From Cirrosporium novae-zelandiae (lineage: Eukaryota): a stretch of DNA of 20,000 bases. Position numbers and translations under genes: made by a program. The DNA lies in the NCBI GenBank assembly GCA_026023565.1, contig JAPETS010000057.1, forward strand, positions 123,658-143,657, given 5' to 3'. Shown one piece after another: positions 1-9,129 of this stretch (its first letter is position 1; each line of letters begins with the position of its first letter). The notes below the pieces were generated by a model that made no database searches, was not told the DNA's origin, and saw nothing but the letters and a program-made list of their open reading frames with translations.

Positions 1-143
1 ATATAGGTCCAGAAATAGAAATTTTCTTCCTACCTCCCAATGTTGTAATAGGTATTTGTAAGTTCGACAATTAAACAGAATACCCATTCCCATTTCTATC
101 TTTCTTCCCTTACCTTTCACCATCATAGTCATCATCATCATCG

Positions 144-199
144 TCTTCTTCTTCTTCTTCTTCTTCTTCTTCTTCTTCTTCTTCTTCTTCTTCTTCTTC
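144..199. repeat. (TTC)n microsatellite, ~18-19 units, preceded by a short (ATC)n run
   Basis: Pure tcttcttc... tract seen directly. Confidence 0.97.
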
Positions 200-577
200 G
201 TTAAGAAGTCCAATTCAATTCGATTCAATTATATTTTAGCAGCAAAGATTTAAGTTTTCTTTTATATAATATTTGTTCCATTATCCATTATCTATCAATC
301 AATCATTCAAAAAACTTACTGCCAATGGTCATTCATCTCTCCCCTCTCTCTCCCCTCTCTCTCTCTATATATATTTCCTCACACCTCTCCCCTTCCACTA
401 GCACCTTTCCCACCATGAAAAAAAAACCCCTAATAGAAAAAAGTTCGTTTTGAAGTGTAGGCGGTAAGGAAGCACAGTTATTTTTTTAAGGGATAGATAG
501 ATACGGATCCAAAGAAGAAAGTAATGGTGGTTTCTTTCTTTCTTTCTTTTTTTTCTATGGTGGCTCTAGTTAGTTGT

Positions 578-613
578 AGGTTTTTTTTAGAAGAGAGGTT
601 TTTTTTAGAAGAG
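578..613. repeat. 18-bp tandem direct repeat x2 (AGGTTTTTTTTAGAAGAG) in low-complexity intergenic DNA
   Basis: Identical copies at 578-595 and 596-613, followed by a degenerate partial copy. Confidence 0.85.
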
Positions 614-1276
614 GGGTTTTTTTGACTAGGTAATGAATTCCCACTCTCTCTTTTATAATCCCCCCCCCTTACCCTCTCGTGAATTTTTAATCTTGTCCCC
701 CCCTCCCTACCCCCGGGTTATTTTTATTAGAGCTAGAACTGATTTATAAATGATATGATGCTTCATTGATTGATTAAAGAACAAACCGTACAGTAGAAGA
801 TAAAAGCATGAACAAAAGAGAGGGTTAAACTATTTGTTATTACGTCCCTAGACAAGGTGGATCTATACAACTTGGAATTGTGTGCGTTCTCGGGGGGGGG
901 TTGCTTTGTCCCTAATGTCATTGCTCCGCTATACCCTATACCTAACTACTTTGATCTGAATTCCACAATTCGCAATTGATTTCTCTGGAAAAAAAAAAAC
1001 GCGAACAGCAAGAAAAAACAAGAAAAAAAACCATCCTGCATATCCCTCATAAACAAAAGAAAGAAAGAGATATCATTATCCTTTTCTCAGGCTATACTTT
1101 TCCCACCATGACAAAAATCCCAATAATTTCAGTATAACCATGGATCCTTTTTTCCTTCCTTGCCAACACTCAAAAAGAAAAAGAAGAAAAGAAAATTCGA
1201 ATATAAAACTGACTGGCTTGAGGGTATCATATCATTCCTTAACGTCCCCCGAAATCCACTAACATATTGTGTTTCC

Positions 1277-2293
1277 TTAGTTATCTTCCTGCAAGTCTGA
1301 TTCCTTAATGCGCTTGTTCGGCTCAGTATCCCCCTCATCCACCTCATGCTCGCGTTTATTCGTAGCAGCAGGAGGAGACCCAGAGCTATCGGCATCCGTC
1401 TTTTTTGCTTGCCCAGGATAGACAATGGCAGCAGCAGCAGGCCCATCCACCACTCCCAGTGCTTCCAAATCGAAATACCAGAACCGATCCTTAATATCCT
1501 TCCTAGTTTCCTCCTTGAGTTCCTCTTTGTTGGCGGGTAGAACGTATTTGATATCCCAGTCGTCTGGAAACTCGATGTCCTGGTGCATGATGCAGAAGGT
1601 TTCGTCAATCTCTGCAAGATCGGGCCAGTAGTCGCCGTAGGTTTCGCAGATCTTCTCGTCCGAGTCCTCGTCTGTGAGGAGTTTTTTGCCCCATAGCATC
1701 ACGGATATGCCTTTCTCCCTTAGTGCTTCGATGATGGGTGCGAGGGCGATGAGGTCGGGGGATAGGGTATGAGTGTGCTTCTTGAGGCAGTCCATCCTGC
1801 CGACATAACCTTCATCCCACTCGCATTCGCACGTGATCCAATCGTCGGCCAGCCAGTCGTCAACTTCCATCGAGAGCGTTGGAACAAACATGATCTCGAG
1901 TTCCTTCAGGTTTGGCCATTCAAGCAGCTGGCGTAAGTGCTCCGGAGTATACCACTCATCGAATGCCGCTGTTACGCCAAGGCGTTTTATGTAGCGTATT
2001 GCCCAGACTTTTACGGAGTTTTCTGGCTCCCGGTGCATGTTCCAGCCCTCGAGGAAAAACCTGTTGAGGGCGAAGAACCGTTGAATCATTTCTTCGTCGA
2101 GCTGTGGATGTCCGAGATTAATGGCCGTTGAGGGATATGCTCCTGGAACAGCGTTGATAGTGCCGAGAGGGTTACGTCTGTATGAGAAATGTCCATACTC
2201 GTCGATTTTAATATCATCGACATCGAATACTAGGAGGTCGTAGATCTTGTCACGAATCTCACGTGGGAGATCAAGGAATGATGTAGGAGACAT
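1277..2293 (-). CDS. Intronless F-box-like protein (338 aa) with acidic C-terminal part and putative bipartite NLS
   Basis: First ATG of the long ORF is at 2293 and gives MSPTSFLDLPREIRDKIYDLLV, matching the fungal F-box-like N-terminal motif (FLxLPxEIRxxIY). It has an LRR-like segment (LLEWPNLKELEI) and C-terminal KR-x12-KRIK. The ORF-track extension to 2431 starts at a non-ATG codon and overlaps the upstream repeat array. Confidence 0.8.
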   Translation of the reverse strand: MSPTSFLDLPREIRDKIYDLLVFDVDDIKIDEYGHFSYRRNPLGTINAVPGAYPSTAINLGHPQLDEEMIQRFFALNRFFLEGWNMHREPENSVKVWAIRYIKRLGVTAAFDEWYTPEHLRQLLEWPNLKELEIMFVPTLSMEVDDWLADDWITCECEWDEGYVGRMDCLKKHTHTLSPDLIALAPIIEALREKGISVMLWGKKLLTDEDSDEKICETYGDYWPDLAEIDETFCIMHQDIEFPDDWDIKYVLPANKEELKEETRKDIKDRFWYFDLEALGVVDGPAAAAIVYPGQAKKTDADSSGSPPAATNKREHEVDEGDTEPNKRIKESDLQEDN

Positions 2294-2344
2294 ATTGAAC
2301 GTTTTGAAAGGGCTAGTGAGGTATTTGAACGCTGTAGGATATCG

Positions 2345-3125
2345 TTTTTGGTATTTTTGGTCAATGCGTGTGAGATGAATAATCAGATGTGTGACACAAA
2401 CTGTAAGTAAAAGGTGAGCTATAGAAAGCACTGTTTTGTGGTAGTTTTTGAAACAACTGCTTTATTGGTGTCTTTATTTCTATCTCTAGACAAAGCGTAT
2501 AGGTTAGGTAGGTAACCGTGATCCTAGCTGATAAACAGGAGTTTTGTGCTTTGGTGTAAGTTGTAAGAGAAGATGAACTGTGGATAGCACTGTGTTGTGA
2601 TAGTTTTTTTTCAAATCTGGTTTATCAGTTTTTGTTATCGTGTTCTCGTGTGGTCGTGTAGTAGTGATGTTGTGTGGTCATGTGGTAGTGGTGTCGTGTG
2701 GTCGTGTGGTCTTGGTGTTGTGTTGTCGTTTTCAATTAGTGCGTGTCATTGGATGACTAGATGCTGATTCCAGTGAATAAATAGTGATACGGTTAATGCA
2801 GGTTGTAGTGAGACAAAGATCTATGAAAAACCACTGTTCTATGGTAGTTTTGTGAGCTTATCTTATTAGTTCTTATTGTCGTTTTGATTAGTGCGTGTAA
2901 ACTGGATGGCTAGACACTGATTCCGGTACAAGTAGTGACACGTTAAATGAAAGCGGTAATAGGGAGAAGAACTATGAAAATATGGTTCTGTGGTAGTTCT
3001 CGTGGGTCTGATTTATCAATCCTTGCTATCGTTTGATCAATGAGTGTATGCTAGATGACCAGATGGTGATTGCGGAATAGGAAAGTAAATAATGAAAAGC
3101 ACTGTTCTGTGATGGATCTTGAAGT
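2345..3125. repeat. Degenerate tandem array of about five ~120-160-bp units
   Basis: An anchor resembling CTATGAAAAGCACTGTTCTGTGGTAGTT recurs near 2419, 2578, 2821, 2972 and 3092. A second block resembling GTCGTTTTxATTAGTGCGTGT..TGGATGxCTAGA..CTGATTCC recurs near 2725, 2878 and 3027, with a partial copy near 2355. Confidence 0.8.
2646..2729. repeat. 24-bp (3x8-bp) GT-rich minisatellite, ~3.5 copies, nested in one unit of the larger array
   Basis: TCGTGTGGTCGTGTAGTAGTGATG (2646), TTGTGTGGTCATGTGGTAGTGGTG (2670), TCGTGTGGTCGTGTGGTCTTGGTG (2694), then partial TTGTGTTGTCGT. Confidence 0.85.
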
Positions 3126-4027
3126 TAATGATTGATCCTTGATCACTAGTATTGGGAGAAGAAGGCTGTCTAACAAAAAGAAAGAGTGCAGAAAATTTTT
3201 CAGTAAGAACTCCTAAGCTCCATCGGAGGGGTAGACATGTCTACCCATATCAATCCAGGTATCTTGCCGAGAAACCATTACATTATATTTTTATATTGAT
3301 AGAAAAAACAGAGACTGCCTTCGAGAGAGCAGCGTAGATAAAGAACATGCATATTTATATATTTTTTAATAGGTCTCTAAACACTTTAACTAGCAATTTC
3401 ACGGGAGTCACAGACCGGTGAGCTGCCTAAGTAAAGTGATGATACTATATGCATTATGAGAAGATATGTATATTCATGGGCGCATAGAGAATTAATTATT
3501 CAGGTCGTTAACCAGAGGGCGTCTTTAATGGTAGTACAAGTTGACAGACGTTGGCGAGTTGACGTTTGATATAAATCCAAATGCCAAGGCGCTAACTACT
3601 TCGGATTTAAATTCACGTCCAAACAATATCCACATGCCGATAGAATATTTTCTACTTCTACAGACAAAAGTCATAATAGTGAATACTAGGAATTAGGGTA
3701 GAGTTGTTGTACCCATACCCCATCACGTGCCCATCATAACGGTACTCCAAGAAGAAACAAACAGACCAGTCCTAGAAATGCAGACCCTTACATCATAATG
3801 ATCAAGTCTAATGATCTCATCCAGTCTGATCGATCAATGAAGCCAATATACAAAGCTACCAGAGATGCCCCCAAAGATGTATATATCAAGGGTAGATTTC
3901 TTCTTCAAATCTACAATCCACTATCCAATTTCATAATTTCACACTTGCAAATAATCAATTGAAAAAAAAATAACACTATTTTATAATCGCACTCATACCC
4001 CCTACAACTACAACTACACCAACCATA

Positions 4028-4622
4028 ATGTCTGGATACGAAGACCGAGATCCTCTAGACATTGCCAGGCAGGCAGAGCGAGAGCTTAACTCACACGGAG
4101 CTAAGCATGCACATAATATCAGCGACTCCTGTACGTCATCATCTCCCATCTCCCATTCCATTCCATTCCAGCCAGCTGAGGGCCCGAGGGTGAGTCGCAT
4201 GTTTGAATGTGCACTCGCTTGATTCTCCAATGTTGTGACTGCACATTCAAACATGCGACTCACCCTCGGTCCAAAACTTATAAACTTGGCTCAAATAAAA
4301 AAGCAATCGAATCCGGAATCGACGAGGGCGTGAACAAAAAATTCCCAGGCAGTACTACAAAATATGGTTCAGCTGCCTCAGGGGCAGGTGATAATCGGGA
4401 GATCCCTGTTGAGGAGGGCGGTGATATCCTCCCTAATAGTGAACGGTAAATATTTATTGTCTATGGGAATTTTTTACGTGTTGAGAGGTTAATATATATA
4501 TATTGGATAGAGCAACTAAAGCAAGAGATTTTGAGGGGCCGGGGGGCCCAGAGACGAAAACACCGTTGTATACGCAGGCAACCCCTGGGAACGACGATGT
4601 AAGGGGTAAATTAATTCGTTAG
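4028..4622 (+). CDS. Small hydrophilic Gly-rich fungal protein of unknown function (118 aa, 3 exons)
   Basis: Exons 4028-4130, 4304-4445, 4511-4622; introns GTACGT..AAG and GTAAAT..TAG. The joined frame is open: MSGYEDRDPLDIARQAERELNSH...SDSSIESGIDEGVNKKFPGSTTKYGSAASGAGDNREIPVEEGGDILPNSERATKARDFEGPGGPE...PGNDDVRGKLIR*. I recall the YGSAASGAGDNREIP and KARDFEGPGGPE motifs from a conserved Pezizomycotina hypothetical family. Confidence 0.8.
4181..4272. repeat. Inverted repeat (fold-back): 30-bp perfect arms 4184-4213 and 4240-4269, extendable to 38 bp with 3 mismatches, inside intron 1
   Basis: CCGAGGGTGAGTCGCATGTTTGAATGTGCA is the exact reverse complement of TGCACATTCAAACATGCGACTCACCCTCGG; the spacer is 26 nt. 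Confidence 0.97.
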
Positions 4623-4961
4623 GGCACTGAGGCCATTAGGCCGAGCGGCGGACCTCCTGGGCAATACGAGAACCAGAATAGAGGTATATTAGCAGTTAGT
4701 TGGACTTATGATTAGTATATGGAGGAATGATTTGGTTGCGAGTGAACGAAAGAAGTTTGTATATTATGAACTACTGTAATATCATTTGAAGCTGGATGCT
4801 ACTCATGCTAAGACTACTTTCGAAAGTACCTAGGTAGGTAGGTAGGTAATGAAAGCTAGCCTCTTATCGTTTATTCTACGAGGAAAGTATACTCATCGAC
4901 TTCTATGTTAGCAAGAAGACTGAGGCAAATATACATAGCCTCACATGTTGGTACTTCTACA

Positions 4962-5024
<63 letters not shown>
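4962..5024. repeat. (TAC)21 microsatellite
   Basis: Pure 63-nt TAC tract between two convergent genes. Confidence 0.97.
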
Positions 5025-5026
<2 letters not shown>

Positions 5027-5286
5027 CAAACCCCTTAGATACAATATCGAAAGAGAATTGTATTTCATTGCATTAGATTACTTGAACATCCCCTTCTAGC
5101 TATTGACAATGATTACTTCATTTCTGCAGTTTCTCTAAACATGAAAGTAACGTGCACATAGCCCTCTGCTATGATACTTTTGCGCCTCATGTAGTCATGT
5201 CCATGCCTGTTTCTTGGCCGCATCCAAGTCTCCACCAGATACGTCGAAATATTGATGAACTATTCGCTAGTTGACATAATTGAGGT

Positions 5287-6068
5287 TCAATTATAGAACC
5301 AAAGCTCAGCAGTAAATGAAACAGAGACATTCTTCAGCTCATCGTAACAACTAGCTGGAATCACACCTCCAACAGTCTCAACAACGTAAATTTCTTTAAA
5401 GCCAACAGAGCCTCGACGGGCCGTCCATTTTGCCCAGTCAATGTTCTTACTGTCAGGAGCCTCGATGGTCGCATTGAGCTCACCGATGAAACAGCCCTCA
5501 GGACCAAGTTCGAAGCGAGGGATGTAGTTATTAATATATTCGAGGTAGCCGATTTCGGTCAGAGTGTTGTTGTAGAGGTCTCCATAGGGGAACTCGTAGA
5601 GATAGCCTGGAAGTTCGTGGAATTGACTTTCAGTAAGGTGGGCGATGCTCACATTGTAGATGGTGGCATTCACTCCGAGGAAGATTGGTGAGATACCACC
5701 ATTCACCGAGATACATTCGTAGTTATAGTAACCGGCTTCGAGACCAAGGAGCTGAAGGGCCAAGCCGCTGCTAAGAGCGGGGAGAGTCTGGACACCTAAG
5801 CATGGTCAGCAGATTAAAATAGGAATAAGTAGGCTTAAGAGATTTTGTGAGATGTGAAATAACTTCAAGAAGACTGTAAAAAGACGAGGGAGCAGGAAGA
5901 ACAATGCCACGTACCATCACCCAGAGGCAGGCTATAGTGATCCAAGGAATATTCACGCTTCAGATGGATTGTGCTTTCCAGCACAGTACGAGATTCAACG
6001 GTACTCAGGATAGAGCCAAAGAGAAAGATGAAAGAAAAAAGTTTCAGGAGGAATTGTACGAAAGACAT
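5287..6068 (-). CDS. Secreted DUF3455-like protein (220 aa, 2 exons)
   Basis: Exons 6068-5915 and 5795-5287; intron GTACGT..GCTGAC..TAG. Hydrophobic signal peptide MSFVQFLLKLFSFIFLFGSILSTVES. Motifs LPALSSGLALQLLGLEAGYYNYEC, APDSKNIDWAKW, EIYVVETVGGVIPASC and VSFTAELWFY resemble DUF3455 (G.G.QNY.C / I.WL.L / VYRV.T.GG.PP..C / Y.A.Y.FY). Confidence 0.8.
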
Positions 6069-6670
6069 AGCTTAATCTTTAGTGGATGTATGAAATGTAT
6101 GGCAATGAATGAAGATGCTGATGTTACCAGCTTAACTATTGTACGAGAACAAATGATTGAGGATGGTGAGACGTAAGAAAGAGGAAAATATGAGATAATG
6201 GATAAAGCTGGGATGTAGATGCGAATTTTATAAGTAGGTTGGTCAAATATGTTACAAACGCGCTAATCGATACCTCAAGAACATGTACACGTTTGGATAA
6301 AATATTCCAACACAGTCAAATCTGGATAAAATGCCATTTCCCTTTGGGGGATTTCAAATAAAAGAAATGAGTTTAATATAAGAAGAGTGGTCTCAAAGCC
6401 TGGTTCACTCAAGGGTGTATCATTAAACATACTACTTTAGAAACTACTGACTTGTACAATGCAAGATATTCGCATACACAATCTGTCATTTATCGACGTC
6501 ATTAAAGGTATAGAAATGCTGGAGAGGAAAGTCAACGAAAGCTAGGTTCGTGGCTTACCTATTGAGTTCAGTGATGAAGGTTCGAGATGTAATTTCCAGT
6601 GTGGGCTTTGACATTCGATGCACGCTGGATAGGACGAGATATTATCTCGAGGATATTTCAGGGAAGTAAA

Positions 6671-7716
6671 TCAATCAGTCTCCTGTCCATCATCAGAGCC
6701 TAGGAGGTCGCTAAGATCCTGCCTTGCCTTTGCTCTTCGAGCTCGTCTTTCATTATCCGACCCATTCTGGTCTGATTGATTCCGGCGACCAAGAACCTTT
6801 GTTTCTACTCCATGGGATTCATTCCACTCCATTGCAGCCTTGGAATCCTCCAAAAGCTCTCGCTTTTCTTTGATGACAAGTGCCTTTGCGGTTGATAGTC
6901 TTCCTGTCATTCCCAGATCCGATAACACCTCTTTAAGATGTTTAATCTTCTTTTTGGAGTCTGGGAATGGTGCTAGCTCCTTGCCCCATTGCTTTCTCAC
7001 CCCACATTTCACGATAAATGATTGTAGTCGCTTGATTTCTGCTTCGTCCGGCGATAAATTGGCATCCTTTCCTTTTGCGACTGTCCTTCTCTTTGCTTTT
7101 GAAGGTTTTGAAGATCCTCTACTCTTTCTTTTTTTAGGGGCCTCATCAAGAACCTCGGACATTTCGCTCTCTGATCCATCATCTTTCGTAGAAGACCTTT
7201 CATGCGATGGTTTGGCCTTCTCGTCAAGTACTTCAGACATCTCACTCTCCGGCTGGTCTGCATTTTTGTTATCCTTTTCGGTGCTACTATCCTGTAGGTC
7301 ATCTTTCAAGTCATCTGATTCTTTTGGTTTAACCCTTTTTTTGGATTTCTTTGCTGGTTTTGGTTCCGGCTCGTCGATAGGCGACGGACACCTTTTCTTC
7401 GTATTCACGACTTCGGCCTGGTGTTCCTCATGCTTCTAGAATAGCCATTAGATTAGGTATGAGGGTAGGATGTTGGGAATCCAAGGAGGCTCACTTGAAA
7501 TTCCTCTGTAATAATTTGTTTGCTCTCCGCTTTGAACTTTGTTTTAAAGTACCCATCTGGTAGTCCTAGTCTCTTTTCCGTAGCAGTTCGGACGGATTTT
7601 ACACTTGCGCTCTCGGATCGGCCAGTTTCGAATAGTGTATCAACAGTATTTTGTAAAGCTACTTCGTGCTCTACGGGCAAAGATTGTTTTTCGGAAGGTG
7701 GTTCGGAGTCGGACAT
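6671..7716 (-). CDS. HIRA-interacting protein 3 (HIRIP3)-like nuclear protein, putative histone chaperone (328 aa, 2 exons)
   Basis: Exons 7716-7495 and 7435-6671; intron GTGAGC..CTAAT..TAG. DEK-C-like N-terminus (SVKSVRTATEKRLGLPDGYFK), K/E/S/D-rich linker, and conserved C-terminus EIKRLQSFIVKCGVRKQWGKEL...LGMTGRLSTAKALVIKEKREL. Confidence 0.8.
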
Positions 7717-7834
7717 GATGTTATAGCTAGCTCGCTTGTACGGAGGTGCGATGAGAGTCAAGGGACCTGCGTATAAGCTGATAGACGGTTATCGATAGTC
7801 AAAGTATATAAAAGACGATAAAAAAGGCCCTTTG

Positions 7835-7860
7835 ACGCGTAGTTCTTAATTTGGACGCGT
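7835..7860. promoter_or_regulatory. Two MCB (MluI cell-cycle box, ACGCGT) elements in the divergent HIRIP3-like/ERV1 promoter
   Basis: ACGCGT at 7835-7840 and 7855-7860, about 120-145 nt upstream of the HIRIP3-like ATG. Confidence 0.55.
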
Positions 7861-8066
7861 GATTCTTGCTTGGTTGGATTTGCGCAACCCCTCAATTGAA
7901 AATAGTCGCGGGGAACACGCTCTTTGCCCGCATAGAATATAGTCGGAGTTTACCGGCGCAAATTCCGGATGCGATTTCTATGCCGGATCTATGCCGGATT
8001 TCATTGATTTCTCAGCAGTACCTTGCAGTACCTCTATAATGAAGACAACTGACTCTTTTACTCAAA

Positions 8067-8743
8067 ATGGCTGAGATATTGACTGAACAGATTGATGCTC
8101 TGAGGGAAAAGCAGCGGAAAATGGAGGCCCCCTCAGAAGCTTCAACCAAGGATCAAGATACAACTCCCAAGCAATTACCAAAAGGTGTTGTTCTTGGTAA
8201 AGATGGCAAACCGTGAGATACTTTTACTGCTTTAAGTTTGGAGTAAAACTGAACATTTAATATAGATGTCGTTCATGCACATCAGTTGCAAGTTGGTTAG
8301 CTATGGCCAAAAAGAACCCGTCCGCCCAAAGTCCAAATTCTTCAACTCCAAGCACTCCCAATAGTACCTCCACATCCCTCTCCACATCTCTACCCAGGGA
8401 TTGCCCCCCTGATGTCGAACAGCTGGGAAGAGGCTCCTGGCGACTCTTACATTCCATAGCAGCTACATATCCAGAAAAAGCGACACACACTCAGCAGAAC
8501 GAGATGCGGCAGTTCCTGCTATATTTCTCCAAGTTCTATCCATGCTGGACCTGCGGGGAAGGCTTCAACTCTTGGATGACAAAAAAAGGACACGAACCAA
8601 GAGTAGAAGGTAGGGATACGCTAGGTCAGTGGATGTGTGAGGCACATAATGTGGTTAATAGAAGACTGGGAAAACCGGAGTTTGATTGTAGCAAGGTGGA
8701 TGAAAGATGGAGAACTGGTTGGAAAGATGGGAGATGTGATTGA
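8067..8743 (+). CDS. ERV1: Mitochondrial FAD-linked sulfhydryl oxidase Erv1 (207 aa, 2 exons)
   Basis: Exons 8067-8212 and 8266-8743. Splicing yields LGKDGKPCRSC (N-terminal shuttle disulfide), DCPPDVEQLGRGSWRLLHS, redox motif YPCWTC, WMCEAHNVVNRRLGKPEFDC, and C-terminal WRTGWKDGRCD. Confidence 0.97.
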
Positions 8744-9129
8744 ATTCCCCGCCTACTGGTATACTAGTTGCGGAAGTGTATAAGAGATAGATGATTATTG
8801 GCGTTAAGGCATACCGAATGTAGATAGCGAACACTCCCCTCACGGAATAGACTATTGAGGTCTTGATTGTAAGTTGCTGTGCTAATCGCTGGCAACAAAT
8901 ATAAAACAAGAACGGTTGACAATCATTTTACCCTTGCCATGCCTCTTTTCTTCCTCAACCACACAGGGAATTGTCTTAGAACATTCCCCAAAAGTCACGC
9001 CCTCCAACTTCCTACTTGACACAAGAATCAGGAAATGCATTAGATAGAAAACTATCATGCTTTAAAAATCGCCGATAGGTCTTTTGGTATCATTTACTCA
9101 TGTAACAAGGACCTGTAATCTCACTACCC

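Noticed and set aside
110..215. Minus-strand poly-Glu/Asp reading (EEEE...DDDDDDYDGER*) of the TTC/ATC tract as a coding exon
   Set aside because: An in-frame TGA lies a few codons upstream, with no ATG or convincing acceptor; explained as a microsatellite.
1129..1631. ORFs 1129-1617 (-), 1346-1540 (+) and 1425-1631 (+)
   Set aside because: Alternate-frame or antisense shadows of the F-box-like CDS with no recognisable motifs.
2294..2431. 46-aa N-terminal extension of the F-box-like ORF
   Set aside because: Starts at a non-ATG codon and overlaps the repeat array; the F-box-like motif normally sits at the N-terminus, right after the 2293 ATG.
2345..3125. CRISPR-like repeat-spacer interpretation of the array
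   Set aside because: Eukaryotic context, degenerate repeats, inter-anchor segments homologous to each other rather than unique spacers, and no cas genes.
3976..4263. Minus-strand 95-aa ORF sharing the peptide SRMFECA with the plus-strand ORF
   Set aside because: The shared peptide is a by-product of the inverted repeat being read on both strands.
4131..4303. Two-intron or stwintron model (4131-4188 plus 4190-4303)
   Set aside because: It leaves a 1-nt exon (G4189) that frameshifts the conserved-looking protein; only removal of 4131-4303 keeps the frame.
4905..5099. Poly-tyrosine ORF
   Set aside because: Translation of the (TAC)21 microsatellite with no other coding signal.
6840..7439. 199-aa Ser/Phe/Leu-rich plus-strand ORF
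   Set aside because: Antisense shadow of the Lys/Glu-rich HIRIP3-like exon.
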